From Sedimentisphaerales bacterium (lineage in GTDB: Bacteria; Planctomycetota; Phycisphaerae; Sedimentisphaerales; SM23-30), in contig CAXXFK010000035.1 of NCBI GenBank assembly GCA_963663965.2, positions 11,468 to 75,467 on the forward strand: 64,000 nt of DNA, given 5' to 3'. The translations under genes and the position numbers were made by a program. Position 1 is the stretch's first letter. Each line of letters starts with the position of its first letter. Below the pieces are notes generated by a model, which was given only the letters and a program-made list of their open reading frames with translations, had not been told where the DNA came from and did no database searches. Shown piece after piece: positions 8,967 to 19,610 of the stretch.

Positions 8967-10424
8967 TTATTTGAACAGCAAGAAGAGGGCTGTTGAAACC
9001 ATAGAAATCATCAGGGTTACTACGGCTACCACTCCAAGCGTGTCATTGGTTTCATCAGGTACAAACTGCAACGATCGATTGGCCATATCAAGGGATTTCA
9101 GAACCGCCTGTTGGGGACGATTGAAATGGGCGTAAGCTTGCTCTTTTTCGCGTTGATTACCGCTTTTTTCAGATTCACCTTCGCCAGTTTCAGAACGAGA
9201 TTGTTCGGCCTGTTCAAGTTCGGCCATTACCAGGCGATCTTCTTCACTTAATTCACTTGTCGTATCGGATGGCAACTCGGGTAACTCATCCAAATCTGGC
9301 ATGTTCTCCTGCTCCTGGGTCACAGGCTCGATATCAGTTAGCAAGTCATCTGAAACGAAATTTTCTTCATTATCAGACTCTAAGTCACTTTTCGCTGATG
9401 TGTTATCATTTGATTCTTCTACCATGGATACCGATTGCATATCCGAGAGAATCTCCTGGTCTGATTCGGTTTGAGAGTCGGCCGTCACCTTTTCATTTGC
9501 ATCAGCCTCATCAGAAGTCACTAAATCCCCTTCATCCAAATATTGGCTATCTTCCTGCAACTGCATAAGAAGATCATCAATTTTATTTGGCAGATTTTCA
9601 GAACTGCTATCAGCACCAGACTCCGTCTCTAGAAAGACTTCATCAATGGTCTCTTGCTGATCAATAATCTCAGTTTGACCACCTGATTGGGCGATTGCGT
9701 CCCCAGAAGAAGATATGCTATCCGCTTGAATTTCGTCATCTTTCGTCTGGCCAATCTGCTCAAGCAGATTTTCCAGAGATTCATCTTGCGCCTGCTCATT
9801 AACATTAGCTTCTATCTGATTATCTATCTCATCAGCCGAATCATTCTGACCAAATTGTTCTAAAAGATCGTCTATTGACTCACCAGTGTCCGGCAGTATT
9901 TCTTCTGGCGAACTCTGAACCTTTTGAGACGATTTAGGTTGCGACAGATTCTTATTAAGGCCTTCTAATTCAAACGCCAGTTCAGCAAGTATATCATCAG
10001 GATTTTGTTCTTTTTCAACCACGCCTACATTAGCCACATCGGCCGAATCCAGTGGTTCAGACCGATCATCGGAAGCTGGTACTATTTTTTCGGTTTCCAA
10101 CTGAGATTCTGATAAAGCGATCTGATTCTCATCGACAGCAATACTAGATTCTCCTGATTCAATCATTTCTTCCTGTTGAATTTGCTGCTGAAGAGTCCCG
10201 AGTTCCCGCTCCAGGTCGTCTAAAGTCGAATCCAATTGTTCAGAATCAGCTATCGAACCCTGATCGGCAATGCTGGCATGATCAGGAGCTTCGATCTGAT
10301 CATCGCTCAGTTCCGATTCTAATTGATCCATCGATTGAGAGGCAAGCGCCAACAATTCCTCAATGCTTTCCTGAGACATGTTATCGTCTTCGGTTGGAAC
10401 CTGATTCTGTTTTGTATTTTCCAT
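8967..10424 (-). CDS. Hypothetical highly acidic low-complexity protein with C-terminal TM anchor
   Basis: 485 aa, D/E/S/Q-rich, terminal hydrophobic helix LGVVAVVTLMISMVSTALFLLF. Confidence 0.8.
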   Translation of the reverse strand: MENTKQNQVPTEDDNMSQESIEELLALASQSMDQLESELSDDQIEAPDHASIADQGSIADSEQLDSTLDDLERELGTLQQQIQQEEMIESGESSIAVDENQIALSESQLETEKIVPASDDRSEPLDSADVANVGVVEKEQNPDDILAELAFELEGLNKNLSQPKSSQKVQSSPEEILPDTGESIDDLLEQFGQNDSADEIDNQIEANVNEQAQDESLENLLEQIGQTKDDEIQADSISSSGDAIAQSGGQTEIIDQQETIDEVFLETESGADSSSENLPNKIDDLLMQLQEDSQYLDEGDLVTSDEADANEKVTADSQTESDQEILSDMQSVSMVEESNDNTSAKSDLESDNEENFVSDDLLTDIEPVTQEQENMPDLDELPELPSDTTSELSEEDRLVMAELEQAEQSRSETGEGESEKSGNQREKEQAYAHFNRPQQAVLKSLDMANRSLQFVPDETNDTLGVVAVVTLMISMVSTALFLLFK

Positions 10425-10545
10425 CTAACTCTCACAAAATTACACTAGCCGGAAGTATCCGGTTATGTTAGTTTTATCGACAGAAACAACTGTAATTTGA
10501 ATAAAAGTTGAGAAATTAAGTTATTTTTTAAGGTAAGATACAGTT

Positions 10546-11367
10546 ATGGGACTTAATAGATACTATTATCAACCGATAAGTTATGGATTACATGAGGTTA
10601 TCGGTCCAGAGATGCTTCATATGACCAGGGTGATGAGACAGAAATCGGGGGATAAGATTGAATTATTTGATGGTCGGGGAACACTGGCTCAGGCCCATAT
10701 ATTAAAAGTTGGACATAAAGGCGTTGAAATCGAGATCCAGGATATTGATCATTTCTCAAGACCTCAAACGCCAACCATTCACCTGTTGGTGAGTATGGCG
10801 AAAAATGACCGGTTCGATTGGCTGCTCAGTAAAAGCAGTGAACTGGGAGTAGATCGGATTACCCCGATACTGTATGAAAGAACCGTCAAACAATCAACGA
10901 ATCCTAAATCCCATCTGAGACATCAGGAGCTAGCGATTGCCGCCGCTAAACAATGTAAGCGATTGTTTTTGCCTACAATCGATCCGGCAACCGAATTTAA
11001 AAATACTTTATTACATGGGAACCCTAAACAAGGCACACAACTTCTTTATGGCCATTGCGGGCCACATACCAGGCCGATTAGTGAATTGGTCCCACCTACC
11101 CAAAATATGGTGATTGCCATAGGACCAGAGGGTGGTTTCACGGACTCCGAGTTAATCGTTTTAAAAGCTTCCGGTGGAATTCCGGTCAGACTTACTAAAA
11201 CCATACTAAGAATTGAAACAGCAGCGATCGCATTTACGGCAATATTTGCGGTGTTCAGGGATGCTCAATCCGATAACACGAAACAGCCTGGTGAGCCATT
11301 CTTGCCGGTTCCGGAAGCCGGAAACGCAGGGATGAGTCCAGAACCAACTGAACTGCCTGAGAGATAG
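10546..11367 (+). CDS. rsmE: 16S rRNA m3U1498 methyltransferase RsmE
   Basis: HMTRVMR, KSSELGV, AAAKQCKR, IGPEGGFT, ILRIETAA motifs. Confidence 0.93.
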   Translation: MGLNRYYYQPISYGLHEVIGPEMLHMTRVMRQKSGDKIELFDGRGTLAQAHILKVGHKGVEIEIQDIDHFSRPQTPTIHLLVSMAKNDRFDWLLSKSSELGVDRITPILYERTVKQSTNPKSHLRHQELAIAAAKQCKRLFLPTIDPATEFKNTLLHGNPKQGTQLLYGHCGPHTRPISELVPPTQNMVIAIGPEGGFTDSELIVLKASGGIPVRLTKTILRIETAAIAFTAIFAVFRDAQSDNTKQPGEPFLPVPEAGNAGMSPEPTELPER

Positions 11368-11938
11368 TTATCAGATGCCCAATTGAGACAAAAACCGGTT
11401 TAACATTAGATCGGGTACGTAATACACAGCCGATTTCTTCATCTTTGTCAATCAATGTCGTTCGACATCCTTTTTCCTTACCGGGTTCCTGATAATCACC
11501 AATCAAACAACTTTTGGCACAACCAACAGTGGGGGTATTGAGAATCAGGCCGGCATGACACGCCAGTCCTAAACGACGGGGATGAGCCAAACCCTGACCG
11601 TCAAACAAAAATACGTCCGGCCAGATTTTCAACAAGGCCGCCGCCTGCAGACAAACAGGAACCTCACGAAATGACAATAAACCCGGGACATAAGGAAACG
11701 TTAACCGAGACTGGACGCAGACTTGATCTACCAAATGAAATTTGTCATCCACTTTTTCTAAAACCACAATACCCGCAATGATATATTGTTCATCTCGACT
11801 TATCGAGCAATCGACCCCAGCCAGTCGTTTCGGAGGATAATTCATTGGACATATTTTTATCCGGCTTTGAAGTTCAATCTGAATCTGGCGAGCCTGTGCT
11901 GCAGTAATATCCCAGTCATGGAGTTGCTTAAAATGCAT
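11255..11938 (-). CDS. nfi: Endonuclease V (deoxyinosine 3' endonuclease)
   Basis: AGVDCS, FPYVPGLLSFRE, DGQGLAHPRRLGLACH, GCAKS, SIGH, RLPEP motifs. Confidence 0.96.
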   Translation of the reverse strand: MHFKQLHDWDITAAQARQIQIELQSRIKICPMNYPPKRLAGVDCSISRDEQYIIAGIVVLEKVDDKFHLVDQVCVQSRLTFPYVPGLLSFREVPVCLQAAALLKIWPDVFLFDGQGLAHPRRLGLACHAGLILNTPTVGCAKSCLIGDYQEPGKEKGCRTTLIDKDEEIGCVLRTRSNVKPVFVSIGHLITISQAVQLVLDSSLRFRLPEPARMAHQAVSCYRIEHP

Positions 11939-12009
11939 TCTTTACTGATAATATATAAAGTGATTAACGCTGAAATGGATTTACAATCAAAATACGTCAG
12001 ATCGAACTT

Positions 12010-12189
12010 AGTGACCGTAAATAAATAACACCTTCATTTCTCATCCCATCTTGCCGCCATCTTCAGCCGCTTCTCAATCGCGAAATCCTCGACATAGCAC
12101 AGCACTGCCTGCGGTTTCGCTCAATCGGCGCAACTGAATCTGACGACAATCTGTGCGATAACTGCAGCATTTATTTATATACGGCCCCT
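12010..12189. repeat. ~180-bp MITE-like element, family A copy 1
   Basis: Near-identical to 58402-58581; terminal inverted repeats AGTGACCGTAAATAAATAA / TTATTTATATACGGCCCCT; internally palindromic. Confidence 0.85.
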
Positions 12190-12200
12190 TACTTGATATA

Positions 12201-13430
12201 TTAAGGGTAAAACATATCAAAGAGATTGGAAAAATCAGCTTTTTCAGGGATACCTGTTTCTGTCAGAGTCTCATTCAAAAATCCCATATCCTGACCATTA
12301 TAAGATTTGATTCGTAATTCAGGCGTACTGTTCAGCAAAGCGGGTTTGGTTTTGTCAGGCGGCACCGGATCACCCAACTCATCAAATGCAAGTACAACCT
12401 CAGGGTGAAAGGTATTCCTGGGATTTTGCTTAAGAACCACAGCCCATTTCCCATTTACTAAAAGCAGTTTAGCGCCAATTGGAAACGGATGAACCAGATT
12501 AGCAAATACTTTAAGAATGATCGGATCATAACAGCGTTTATAAGCGCCATAAACCATTTCATGAATGACCATGGCTGGACTTTTTTTTCTTTGATACGCT
12601 TTATCGGCAATGGCGGCGCTATAGGCATCTGCAACTCGAACAATACGGGCAAATATTGCGGTTTTTTCACCAGTCAAACCTTCCGGATAGCCAGAGCCAT
12701 CAAAGTTTTCATGGTGCTGTTGAATAACTAGTCGAGTCATCGCATCAGCAAGATCGGCAAGCATTTTCACGCCCTGAACCGGATGTTGACGAACTTGTTG
12801 AATTTCATCCGGAGTTAAAACTTCTTTTTTATTTATAAGATCAAATATTGAAACCAAACCGATATCATGAAACATGGCAGCCAATCCCAAAGACGCCAGG
12901 TTCATTGAATTGTGAACTTGTTTAGCATGAGTCAGACGTTCCCGTTCATTTTTGATATAATTACGAATCGTATTACCAATAATCATACTTAAATAAAAAA
13001 CATTAGCCGCATGCTCCTGAAGGTAATTGTCCCATTTACCACTTTGCTCAAGCAGAACGGTTGTAACAGGATTAGCCTGGATGAACTCCATCATCTCCGT
13101 AACAGCCTTTTTCATCCCGGTAATACTCTTAGCGTCCAGGCTGGCACCATCACGGAGAGGACCTGACACTTTTTGTACCATCGTCGAGACATTGTGCCTG
13201 ATCTGACGTGAGATTCGTGCGGCCTCTTCAGTATTATCAAATTCGAATTTTTCATCCAGAAGGGGATTGCCAATTGAAATGTCGGCATCCGGCATAATGC
13301 GTTTGATGGCACTGATATCCTGCTCAGAAATAACGTGCCCGGCCGGACGCAATAAGCTATATTCATTCATTAAATTGCCGGCTAATTTCATACCGGGCTC
13401 AAGTTCGTCAACTTTCAGTATAATGGGCAT
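12201..13430 (-). CDS. HD-GYP domain cyclic di-nucleotide phosphodiesterase
   Basis: FHDIG, HHENFDGSGYP, ARIVRVADAY motifs. Confidence 0.9.
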   Translation of the reverse strand: MPIILKVDELEPGMKLAGNLMNEYSLLRPAGHVISEQDISAIKRIMPDADISIGNPLLDEKFEFDNTEEAARISRQIRHNVSTMVQKVSGPLRDGASLDAKSITGMKKAVTEMMEFIQANPVTTVLLEQSGKWDNYLQEHAANVFYLSMIIGNTIRNYIKNERERLTHAKQVHNSMNLASLGLAAMFHDIGLVSIFDLINKKEVLTPDEIQQVRQHPVQGVKMLADLADAMTRLVIQQHHENFDGSGYPEGLTGEKTAIFARIVRVADAYSAAIADKAYQRKKSPAMVIHEMVYGAYKRCYDPIILKVFANLVHPFPIGAKLLLVNGKWAVVLKQNPRNTFHPEVVLAFDELGDPVPPDKTKPALLNSTPELRIKSYNGQDMGFLNETLTETGIPEKADFSNLFDMFYP

Positions 13431-13521
13431 AAAAAATATTTATTCTACTATCAACAATAAATCGCTGTTAGCCAGATATTCCAATTACTGCAAAAAAAAT
13501 ACTTACGTATTTTCAGAATGG

Positions 13522-15627
13522 TTACTCTTTGGGTTTTTCATCTTGGTCATATAGATCGTCCAGATCATCGTCCACTAGCCATTCATCCTCCTCTTCCTCA
13601 TCAAAATCATAGTAGTTACTATCTTTATTCTCACTACGTTCGGTCTTTTCGATTGTCTGGGAGTTATCTTCTTTATTCTCTTCATGCAACCGTTGCTGTT
13701 CACGCGAAAGCAAATCGCTCACTGTCGGTCTGTCGATTGTCTTGCCATCAATAATCAGTCGGACTTCCTCACCATCCAGAGTTTCATATTTTTTCAGCGC
13801 ATCCGCTAATTGGCGTATGACTTCTGTATGCTTCTCGAGAAGTTCGCGTACATCAGAATAAGCTTGATCGATAATCACCTTAACTTCGGAATCGATAACC
13901 TGAGCTGTTTGTTCGGAGAAATCTTTTGTCAAGCCAAAGTCTGGATATCCCGATGCGGCCATATCCGGGCCATAATGAATAAATCCCAGACGATCACTCA
14001 TCCCCCATTCCATAACCATCTTACGAGCAAATCCTGTTGCCTGCATGATATCGCTCTGTGCGCCACTGGTAATATCCTCACAGAACAGTTCCTCAGCGAT
14101 ACGCCCCCCCAGACAAATTCGAATAAATGACAAACAGAATTTACGGGAGTAGTAAAATCGGTCTTTTTCGGGCAGCGAGAAGGTCGCCCCCCCCATATTG
14201 CCTCGTGGAATAATCGAAACTTTATGGACAGGATCGGCATCTTTAATTAATGATTGAACCAGCGCATGCCCGGCCTCATGAAAAGCGGTCAGAGTGGTAT
14301 CTTTCTCGTCAATGACACGACTGCGTTTAGCTCGCCCCCAGCGGACCTTGTCCCGAGCTTCTTCCAGATCACACATCTCAATATAATCTTTTTCCTGCAT
14401 GGTGGCGCTGAGCGCCGCTTCATTTATGATGGCTTCGAGATCCGCACCACTGAACATGGAAGTGCCCCGCGCAAGTTTTTTCAAATCCACATCCGGACCG
14501 GCCTTGACTTTTCGGGCATGAACCCGCAGAATTTCGAGGCGCCCCTTGATATCGGGCAATGGCACATAAACCTGACGGTCAAAACGACCCGGCCGCGTAA
14601 GCGCGTTATCGAGCACATCAGCCCGGTTCGTAGCCGCGATAACAATCACCTGATCATTGGTACTAAAACCATCCATTTCAACCAGAATGGCATTAAGTGT
14701 TTGTTCACGCTCGTCATGTCCACCACCGGCCACTCCCATGCCGCGTTTGCGTCCGACTGCGTCAATTTCATCCAGAAAAATGATACACGGCGAATTATCT
14801 TTGGCCTGTTTAAACAGATCTCGTACCCGGGACGCCCCAACGCCGACAAACATCTCGACAAAATCGCTACCGGATATACTGAAGAACGGCACATCGGCTT
14901 CGCCGGCAATGGCTTTGGCCAGAAGGGTTTTACCACAACCGGGCTCTCCTATCAGAAGTACTCCGCGAGGTATACGGCCGCCAAGGCGCTGGAATTTTTT
15001 GGGATTTTTCAGAAACTGAATGATCTCCTGCACTTCATCTTTCGCTTCATCAATCCCGGCAACATCTTCAAATGTCACTTTGGATTGTTCTCGACTATGA
15101 ACCCGATGGCGACTACGACCAAAATTTCCAAGCAAACCTCCCCCGCCGGCTTTAAATTGCCGGAATACAAAAAAATACATAAATGCAAAAATCAAAATCC
15201 AGGGGATGATACCAATCAGAATTTCAACCAGGATATTGGGGGATTCAAAATGGACTTTGACATCATTTTCATCCAAGACTTCATTAATCCATCCTTCTGA
15301 AGGGATACCGGGATGAATTTTTACCTTAAAAACCTTGGAACTGCCAACCTCCTGACCTTCCAGATCTTTAAGTTCCCCCTTAATATAGGTGTCAAAAATC
15401 CAAACCTCCTTGACTTTACCGGAACGAACTTTACCGAGAAAGTCCGAAAAATCGATGGTCTCTCTTGGGCCCTCCAGATTTCTAAGGCTGGTTATCAGCA
15501 TGACTGCTAATAGTCCCAATATGGCCCAATGAAACATGTTACGGGGATTTCGACCTCCAGGAAACTCTTTGCCGGGCGGTTGATTATCCTTACTATTGCG
15601 CTTAGGATTATTATCGTTTTCTGTCAT
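13522..15627 (-). CDS. ftsH: ATP-dependent zinc metalloprotease FtsH
   Basis: 2 TM segments, Walker [29 protein letters not shown]. Confidence 0.98.
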   Translation of the reverse strand: MTENDNNPKRNSKDNQPPGKEFPGGRNPRNMFHWAILGLLAVMLITSLRNLEGPRETIDFSDFLGKVRSGKVKEVWIFDTYIKGELKDLEGQEVGSSKVFKVKIHPGIPSEGWINEVLDENDVKVHFESPNILVEILIGIIPWILIFAFMYFFVFRQFKAGGGGLLGNFGRSRHRVHSREQSKVTFEDVAGIDEAKDEVQEIIQFLKNPKKFQRLGGRIPRGVLLIGEPGCGKTLLAKAIAGEADVPFFSISGSDFVEMFVGVGASRVRDLFKQAKDNSPCIIFLDEIDAVGRKRGMGVAGGGHDEREQTLNAILVEMDGFSTNDQVIVIAATNRADVLDNALTRPGRFDRQVYVPLPDIKGRLEILRVHARKVKAGPDVDLKKLARGTSMFSGADLEAIINEAALSATMQEKDYIEMCDLEEARDKVRWGRAKRSRVIDEKDTTLTAFHEAGHALVQSLIKDADPVHKVSIIPRGNMGGATFSLPEKDRFYYSRKFCLSFIRICLGGRIAEELFCEDITSGAQSDIMQATGFARKMVMEWGMSDRLGFIHYGPDMAASGYPDFGLTKDFSEQTAQVIDSEVKVIIDQAYSDVRELLEKHTEVIRQLADALKKYETLDGEEVRLIIDGKTIDRPTVSDLLSREQQRLHEENKEDNSQTIEKTERSENKDSNYYDFDEEEEDEWLVDDDLDDLYDQDEKPKE

Positions 15628-15758
15628 TTTTAATATCTACAGGTTTTTATAAACATAGGATTAATTAATGTTGTTGATTTAAGACATTTATCAACACTTA
15701 AAATCGAATAACTTCTTCTATATACGTTCAATAGAAAATTCTGTTCCGGAAACTAAAG

Positions 15759-16271
15759 CTACCAACTGGACTCCATAATTTCAACAATCTGGCGTGCCAT
15801 ATCGTTGGTTATCTGTTTAATGGCACTTTCGATACTTTCACCTGCAAGCGCCGGGTAATCGGCACTGAATTTAAATTTTCGATTTTCAACAAGAAATTCT
15901 CCGGATCGCAAATCTTTCCAGGAGACGTTAGCTGTCACTGTTATACGCTTGAGAGTCGGTCGATCCAGATCACGTTGCTGGGTAAGTACTCCTTCATCTA
16001 CGTTACTCACTATACCATATAAAATCGTATCCGCCCGATTACGATCAGAAGAAAGCTGATATGGGGTTTGCATTTCGATCTGTCGGCATACCGCATGAGT
16101 AAGATCAAACTCAACCTGACGATAAAAGCTTTTTGATTCGAACATCTCAACATAAACAGTATGCACATCATCACGATATAGTGATCCGGCGGAATAACAT
16201 CCACTCAGATAAAATATCGCGAGAAGTGAAATCGCAATCAAATAATTCAGTCTTATCATACGTGCTATCAT
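15759..16271 (-). CDS. lptE: LPS assembly lipoprotein LptE family
   Basis: Lipobox LSGC, size and TVYVEMF/ADTILYG pattern; adjacent to bamD. Confidence 0.7.
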   Translation of the reverse strand: MIARMIRLNYLIAISLLAIFYLSGCYSAGSLYRDDVHTVYVEMFESKSFYRQVEFDLTHAVCRQIEMQTPYQLSSDRNRADTILYGIVSNVDEGVLTQQRDLDRPTLKRITVTANVSWKDLRSGEFLVENRKFKFSADYPALAGESIESAIKQITNDMARQIVEIMESSW

Positions 16272-16277
16272 TTGCTA

Positions 16278-17228
16278 TTATTTTACATTTAGCTCATTTT
16301 CAGGATTAAGTTCAATCAACAAGGTCCTGGCCCGGTTTTCCCATTCTGTCCCGCTCCAACGAACCTGGATAGCTTTAAGTTGGTGACAGGCTGCTTCAAT
16401 TTTATGCGTACGGATATAAAAATCGACAACCTCGAAATCCTTTAATGCCTGATAGGCATGGATAGCGTCAATTCGATTATCGACCTGTAAATCAACCGCC
16501 TGTTTGGGAAACTCCAACTTATATTGTTCGTAACGGATCAATGCCTCATCCAGACAACCGGTATCATATAGAATTCCCTGAAATTGCGCGTAACTGGCTT
16601 CAGCCACCAGATACATTGCCCGCTGGTATTCTTTACAGCGCGGATAGTTTTCGATAATTATATGGCATGTCTGCTGGGCTTCGATATACATTTTCCGGTT
16701 ATAATAATGTTCTGCCTGCATTAACAGGGCCCGGGACGCCAATTCCGATCCTGGCCATCGCTGTTCAGTGCGTTCGAGAATTTTAATGCCTTCCAGGCGT
16801 GTTGGCAGAATAATTAATCCAAGAACATGACGTTTCCAACCTCCCAGAAATATTTCTGCCAGATCCACTTCTTCAAAAAGCGATTGTTCATAAAACTTGC
16901 TGGAAACATATTGATCAAGCAGTTTTTCATAATATTTAAAAGAGCGATAATATTTTTGGGTCTGAAAATTTCCCCTCGCTTGATAATAGATCGCATGATC
17001 TATCCAGACAGAATTTTTGTTCTTTTTTTCCCATTTTCTGGAAATTCTGGCAGCTTCTCCAGGTTTCCCTTCATTAAGAAACTGGCCGGCCCGCACCAGT
17101 TCATCTGGGACTGGTTGCTTTTCCTGAGCAGACAGATCAATGATTGTTTGGTCAGTTTTAGGCTGGCTACATCCATTAACGCCAGTGATGATAATTATTG
17201 AAAGACATATCATTAACCATTTTGTCAT
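16278..17228 (-). CDS. bamD: Outer membrane protein assembly factor BamD (TPR lipoprotein)
   Basis: Lipobox VNGC, TPR repeats, YDTGCLDEAL and DFYIRT...AA C-terminal pattern. Confidence 0.75.
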   Translation of the reverse strand: MTKWLMICLSIIIITGVNGCSQPKTDQTIIDLSAQEKQPVPDELVRAGQFLNEGKPGEAARISRKWEKKNKNSVWIDHAIYYQARGNFQTQKYYRSFKYYEKLLDQYVSSKFYEQSLFEEVDLAEIFLGGWKRHVLGLIILPTRLEGIKILERTEQRWPGSELASRALLMQAEHYYNRKMYIEAQQTCHIIIENYPRCKEYQRAMYLVAEASYAQFQGILYDTGCLDEALIRYEQYKLEFPKQAVDLQVDNRIDAIHAYQALKDFEVVDFYIRTHKIEAACHQLKAIQVRWSGTEWENRARTLLIELNPENELNVK

Positions 17229-17594
17229 AAGACATTCCTGTGGGCCTGTTGTTCTAAAGAATTATTCGGAAGGAACAGGGTTAGAATTAACTATCATGCT
17301 AATTCTAGAAAATTAGACATAATTATTTTGTTAGATTATACTTACTGTTTTCCGGATTGCAATCAGAAACAATCTTGATAATATGGTACACTTACCGGCA
17401 TTCGTTCCGATTTATTCTAAACAACAGCATCACGCTGTCTCTTGTTTTAATTTGAGCGGCGTAAATCAGATACAAAAATCCTGAATTTTATGATATTGAA
17501 TTTTTATGGCAGCCTCATTGATTCATAACAAATTAAAAATAATAGAGTTATATAAAATATTGAGAAGTTTTCGTACTAGTGCAACAAGAGAATT

Positions 17595-19322
17595 ATGGCT
17601 CGTATAGCTTTCTTATGTTATAAAAATCCTGCTCTGGCATTAATTGCTACTGGGCTGGCTGAATCGATTTGTGGCGAACAACATCAAATATCCGCCGCTA
17701 CAGTCGAAAGCATCCCAATGGTTCATGCCGCAGTCAAAGCGATGGCTGAATCGAATATTGATATTCTGGGACAGCGCTGCAGGTCATTATCAGTTTTTCT
17801 TAAACGTCCTTTCGATTTAATTATCGTTCTGGAAAATGAAGCTCTTTCATATTGCAGTGATCTTCCAGGACGAGAAACGGTTTTACACTGGGAACTACCG
17901 GATAAAGAGCCTGCGGATGTGGAGGCATGCCGAGAGTGGCGCGACATGTTATCCAAGAAGGTATCTATCTTATTTACAGAAGGTTATCTTGAAACCATCT
18001 TAACATTGAAGGGGAATCAGGAGTCTATACTGGACGATTTTCCGGATGGCATTATTGTTCATGATCTCAACCGCAGGATCAGCTTTTTTAATATTGCAGC
18101 AGAAAAAATTACAGGCTATAGCAGAAACCAGATACTTGGTCGAGACTGCCATGAAGTTTTTTCGGGTGGTTTTTGTGCTGGGAAGTGTTCTTTCTGTGAT
18201 GGAAAACCGGATCCTGAAGACAAATTCGAATATTCACTTAACTTATCAGACAGAGAAGGTCGGCCCAAAAAACTTGAAATGTCAGTTTCTTGTATCCGTA
18301 ATGCCAACGGACATATCCAGGGCGTATTGGCCTGTTTTCGTGATGAAACTGAGGTCAGCGATTTGCGTAAACGGTTGCATAATATCACCCATTTTGAGGG
18401 AATCATCGGCCGGGACGCCAAGATGCAAGCTATCTATCAACTCATTCAGGACCTGGGTGAAAGTGATTGTTCGGTATTAATTCAGGGGGAAAGTGGAACT
18501 GGAAAAGAATTGGTTGCCAATGCTATTCATGGTGAAAGCGTTCGCGCCGGCAAACCTTTTATCTCAGTCAATTGCGGCGCCTTGCCGGAGGGTGTATTGG
18601 AAAGCGAACTATTCGGTCACGTTAAAGGGGCATTTACCGGCGCGATTCGCGACAAAAAAGGGAGATTTGAACTGGCAAATGGCGGTACACTGTTTTTAGA
18701 TGAAGTAGCGGAATTGACGCCAAATATGCAAGTAAAATTACTACGGGTATTACAAGAAGGAACCTTTGAACCGGTTGGGGGAGAGAAAACCATACAAGTC
18801 GATGTACGTATTTTAAGCGCGACGAATCGGAATCTGCGTGAAATGGCTCGTCAGGGGGAATTTCGGGAAGATTTATTCTATCGTTTATGTGTTGTGCCAA
18901 TTGAATTGCCACCATTAAGACAAAGGCGTACTGATATCCCATTATTGATCGATCATTTTATCGGGTTATACAATGAACGACATGGCCGCCAGATCGAATC
19001 GATGAGCAATCAGGCGATGGAATTATTGCTGGACCATGCCTGGACAGGGAATATTCGAGAATTACAGAATGCCATCCAATATGCTTTTGTAAAATGCAAA
19101 AACCGTATCATAGAACCGGAACATTTACCCATGGAGATTTCAGGTCGTACAGGAACCTATCTGGATATTAAACTCGCACGACGCAAGCGCAAGCGTAAAC
19201 TGGATATCGCTCAGGTACATAAAGCCATGGAAGAGGTAAATGGGAATAAAGCAGAAGCAGCCAGGGTACTGGGTATTGGCCGGGCAACTCTCTACCGAAT
19301 TCTACGGGATCAGAGAGTATAA
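17595..19322 (+). CDS. sigma-54-dependent transcriptional activator (ArsC/LMW-PTP-like + PAS + AAA+ + Fis HTH)
   Basis: GESGTGKE, ESELFGH, GAFTGA, LFLDEV, WTGNIREL, HTH AARVLGIGRATLYR. Confidence 0.93.
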   Translation: MARIAFLCYKNPALALIATGLAESICGEQHQISAATVESIPMVHAAVKAMAESNIDILGQRCRSLSVFLKRPFDLIIVLENEALSYCSDLPGRETVLHWELPDKEPADVEACREWRDMLSKKVSILFTEGYLETILTLKGNQESILDDFPDGIIVHDLNRRISFFNIAAEKITGYSRNQILGRDCHEVFSGGFCAGKCSFCDGKPDPEDKFEYSLNLSDREGRPKKLEMSVSCIRNANGHIQGVLACFRDETEVSDLRKRLHNITHFEGIIGRDAKMQAIYQLIQDLGESDCSVLIQGESGTGKELVANAIHGESVRAGKPFISVNCGALPEGVLESELFGHVKGAFTGAIRDKKGRFELANGGTLFLDEVAELTPNMQVKLLRVLQEGTFEPVGGEKTIQVDVRILSATNRNLREMARQGEFREDLFYRLCVVPIELPPLRQRRTDIPLLIDHFIGLYNERHGRQIESMSNQAMELLLDHAWTGNIRELQNAIQYAFVKCKNRIIEPEHLPMEISGRTGTYLDIKLARRKRKRKLDIAQVHKAMEEVNGNKAEAARVLGIGRATLYRILRDQRV

Positions 19323-19610
19323 TACTTTGATCAGTTATAAAAGATATCACAAGAATTTATGATTGTTTTTTTGATAAGCATACTAGACGCTCAGAACCAT
19401 AACATCCTATTCAAAAAATGGTTAGGAACATTATTACAGGTTAATAACCCACCCGGTCGTTGAAATCTTTATTTTATGTGTCAATAATCCGTTAACAGCC
19501 GTATTGTATATAAAAGACGCCGTATTAACTCATTCGCCCTATTTAAGTAAAACGATCCGAACGGCAGGCGTTCGGAATCTTAATGTGAACCCGATACCGA
19601 AGGAGTATCC

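Noticed and set aside
14254..15300. 348-aa plus-strand ORF, and similar long antisense ORFs (37652..38425, 45541..46260, 46378..46998, 7816..8328)
   Set aside because: They lie wholly antisense to well-supported genes and have no recognisable motifs; shadow ORFs
17507..17522. Possible sigma-54 promoter TGGCAGCCTCATTGAT upstream of the activator
   Set aside because: Lacks the invariant GC at -12
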